In this document: positions 62,821 through 64,000 of the stretch, piece by piece | How positions within the stretch are numbered: the stretch's first letter is position 1 | Layout: each line of letters starts with the position of its first letter | DNA from: Mobula hypostoma | Taxonomy: Eukaryota | DNA length: 64,000 nt | Reading direction: 5' to 3' | NCBI RefSeq assembly: GCF_963921235.1 | Contig: NC_086107.1 | Location: 109,432,001 to 109,496,000 of the forward strand | The notes under the pieces: model-generated | The model's input: the letters and a program-made list of their open reading frames with translations, nothing else | Database searches by the model: none | What the model was told of the DNA's origin: nothing | Position numbers and translations under genes: made by a program

Positions 62821-64000
62821 ACCTTATGACCCATTCTGCGCTGTCGGGGCGTCAGGGGTTCAGAGTTCAATCTTGGAGCCCTCCGTAAGGAGTCTCTGTA
62901 CGCGGAATGCGTAGGTTTCTTCCGGGTGCTCCAATTTCGTCCCACAGTCCGAAGATATACCGGTTAGGTTAATTGGTCGTTGTAAATTGACCCTTGATTA
63001 GGTTAGGGTTAGATCAGAGTCATTAGGGGTTGCCGGGCAGCATAGTTCAGAGGGACTAAATGGCCTGTTCCGTGCTGTATAACTAAACAACATGAAAATT
63101 ATTTGGTTATTCAGCTGCTGTAAATTGTCCCTACTGTCTGGTGAGTGGTGGAATCTTGGGGGGAGTTAATGGGAATGTGGGGAGAGGCAAATGGGATTAG
63201 TGTAAATGGCAGGTTGGTGGCCAGTAAATACTCGATGGGCAGAAAGGTCTGTTTCCTTGCTGTACCTCATGACTCATCAAATATAAAACATGCCCAATGG
63301 CGCCACACTGTGGCCACTAGTGGTGCAGCAGGTCAAGGATAGACTGAGGATGTGAAATCCCCGTGACCAAGTTGCCTTGTGAAATTTACCGATCCCTGTG
63401 CTCTTCAGGTGAATATCTTGAGCTATTTATGAGGCTGCAAAATGCGCAGTGGAAATAAAGGATTCTTTTTCATCAGCTTCACCTGCCCGCCTAAAATGGA
63501 GAGTAACTTGTCAACGGGTAGAGGCAGGAAAGTTTTGTTTTATTGGTAAGTGAGACTAGAGCTAGGGGACGTAGCCTCAAGATCCAGCGGAGTGGACTTA
63601 GGACAGAGTTAACAGTCATAGATCTGAGGAATTCTCGGCTCCAGGAAACAGTAGAGGCTACTTCATTATGACTCTATGTACATAGATGGTAGGGGTAATT
63701 GAGGGGTATGGTCCCAGTGCAGGTCAATGGGAGTCGGTAGTTTAAATGGTTCAGCACAGACTAGATGGGCTGAAGGGTCTGCTTCTGTGCTGTACTTTCT
63801 GACTATTAAATATCTTTAAAACACAGTCAGAGCGATTCTATAGCGGGGAAATTGAGGATTGGAATTCAATGGTGGAACAGTCTCGATGGGCTGAATGGCC
63901 AGCTCCTGCTCCTAGTTATTATATCCTGATTCCCGTTGCTTTTCTCCAGAACAGCCTCCCAATCTTAAACATGAGAGATTCTGCAGACACTGGAAATCTT

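Overview
Repeat-dense vertebrate DNA, most likely from a cartilaginous fish (probably a ray). The taxon is inferred from HE1/V-SINE-like SINEs, CR1 octamer tails and Neptune-type Penelope elements. Host genes: an intact single-coding-exon GPR146-like GPCR (13099-14133, minus); the first two coding exons of a TMEM86B-type lysoplasmalogenase (53268-53318 and 55442-55706, plus); and a probable first coding exon of an unidentified, possibly mitochondrial, protein under an NRF1/YY1 CpG promoter (12427-12519, minus). The rest is mostly nested retroelements: CR1, Rex1/Babar-like, L1/Tx1, I-group, HERO-type RLE LINEs, Penelope-like elements, a Gypsy-like LTR element, a solo LTR and SINEs, plus satellites. 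The most notable signal is a Penelope system. A young Neptune-type RT/GIY-YIG element carries a minimal hammerhead ribozyme motif, and several short fold-back derivatives with target-site duplications carry the same motif. One of these sits 27 nt upstream of the predicted GPR146-like splice acceptor. A candidate HDV-like ribozyme and a recurrent RTE-type 5' structured motif are also flagged. All calls are by eye; no searches were run.
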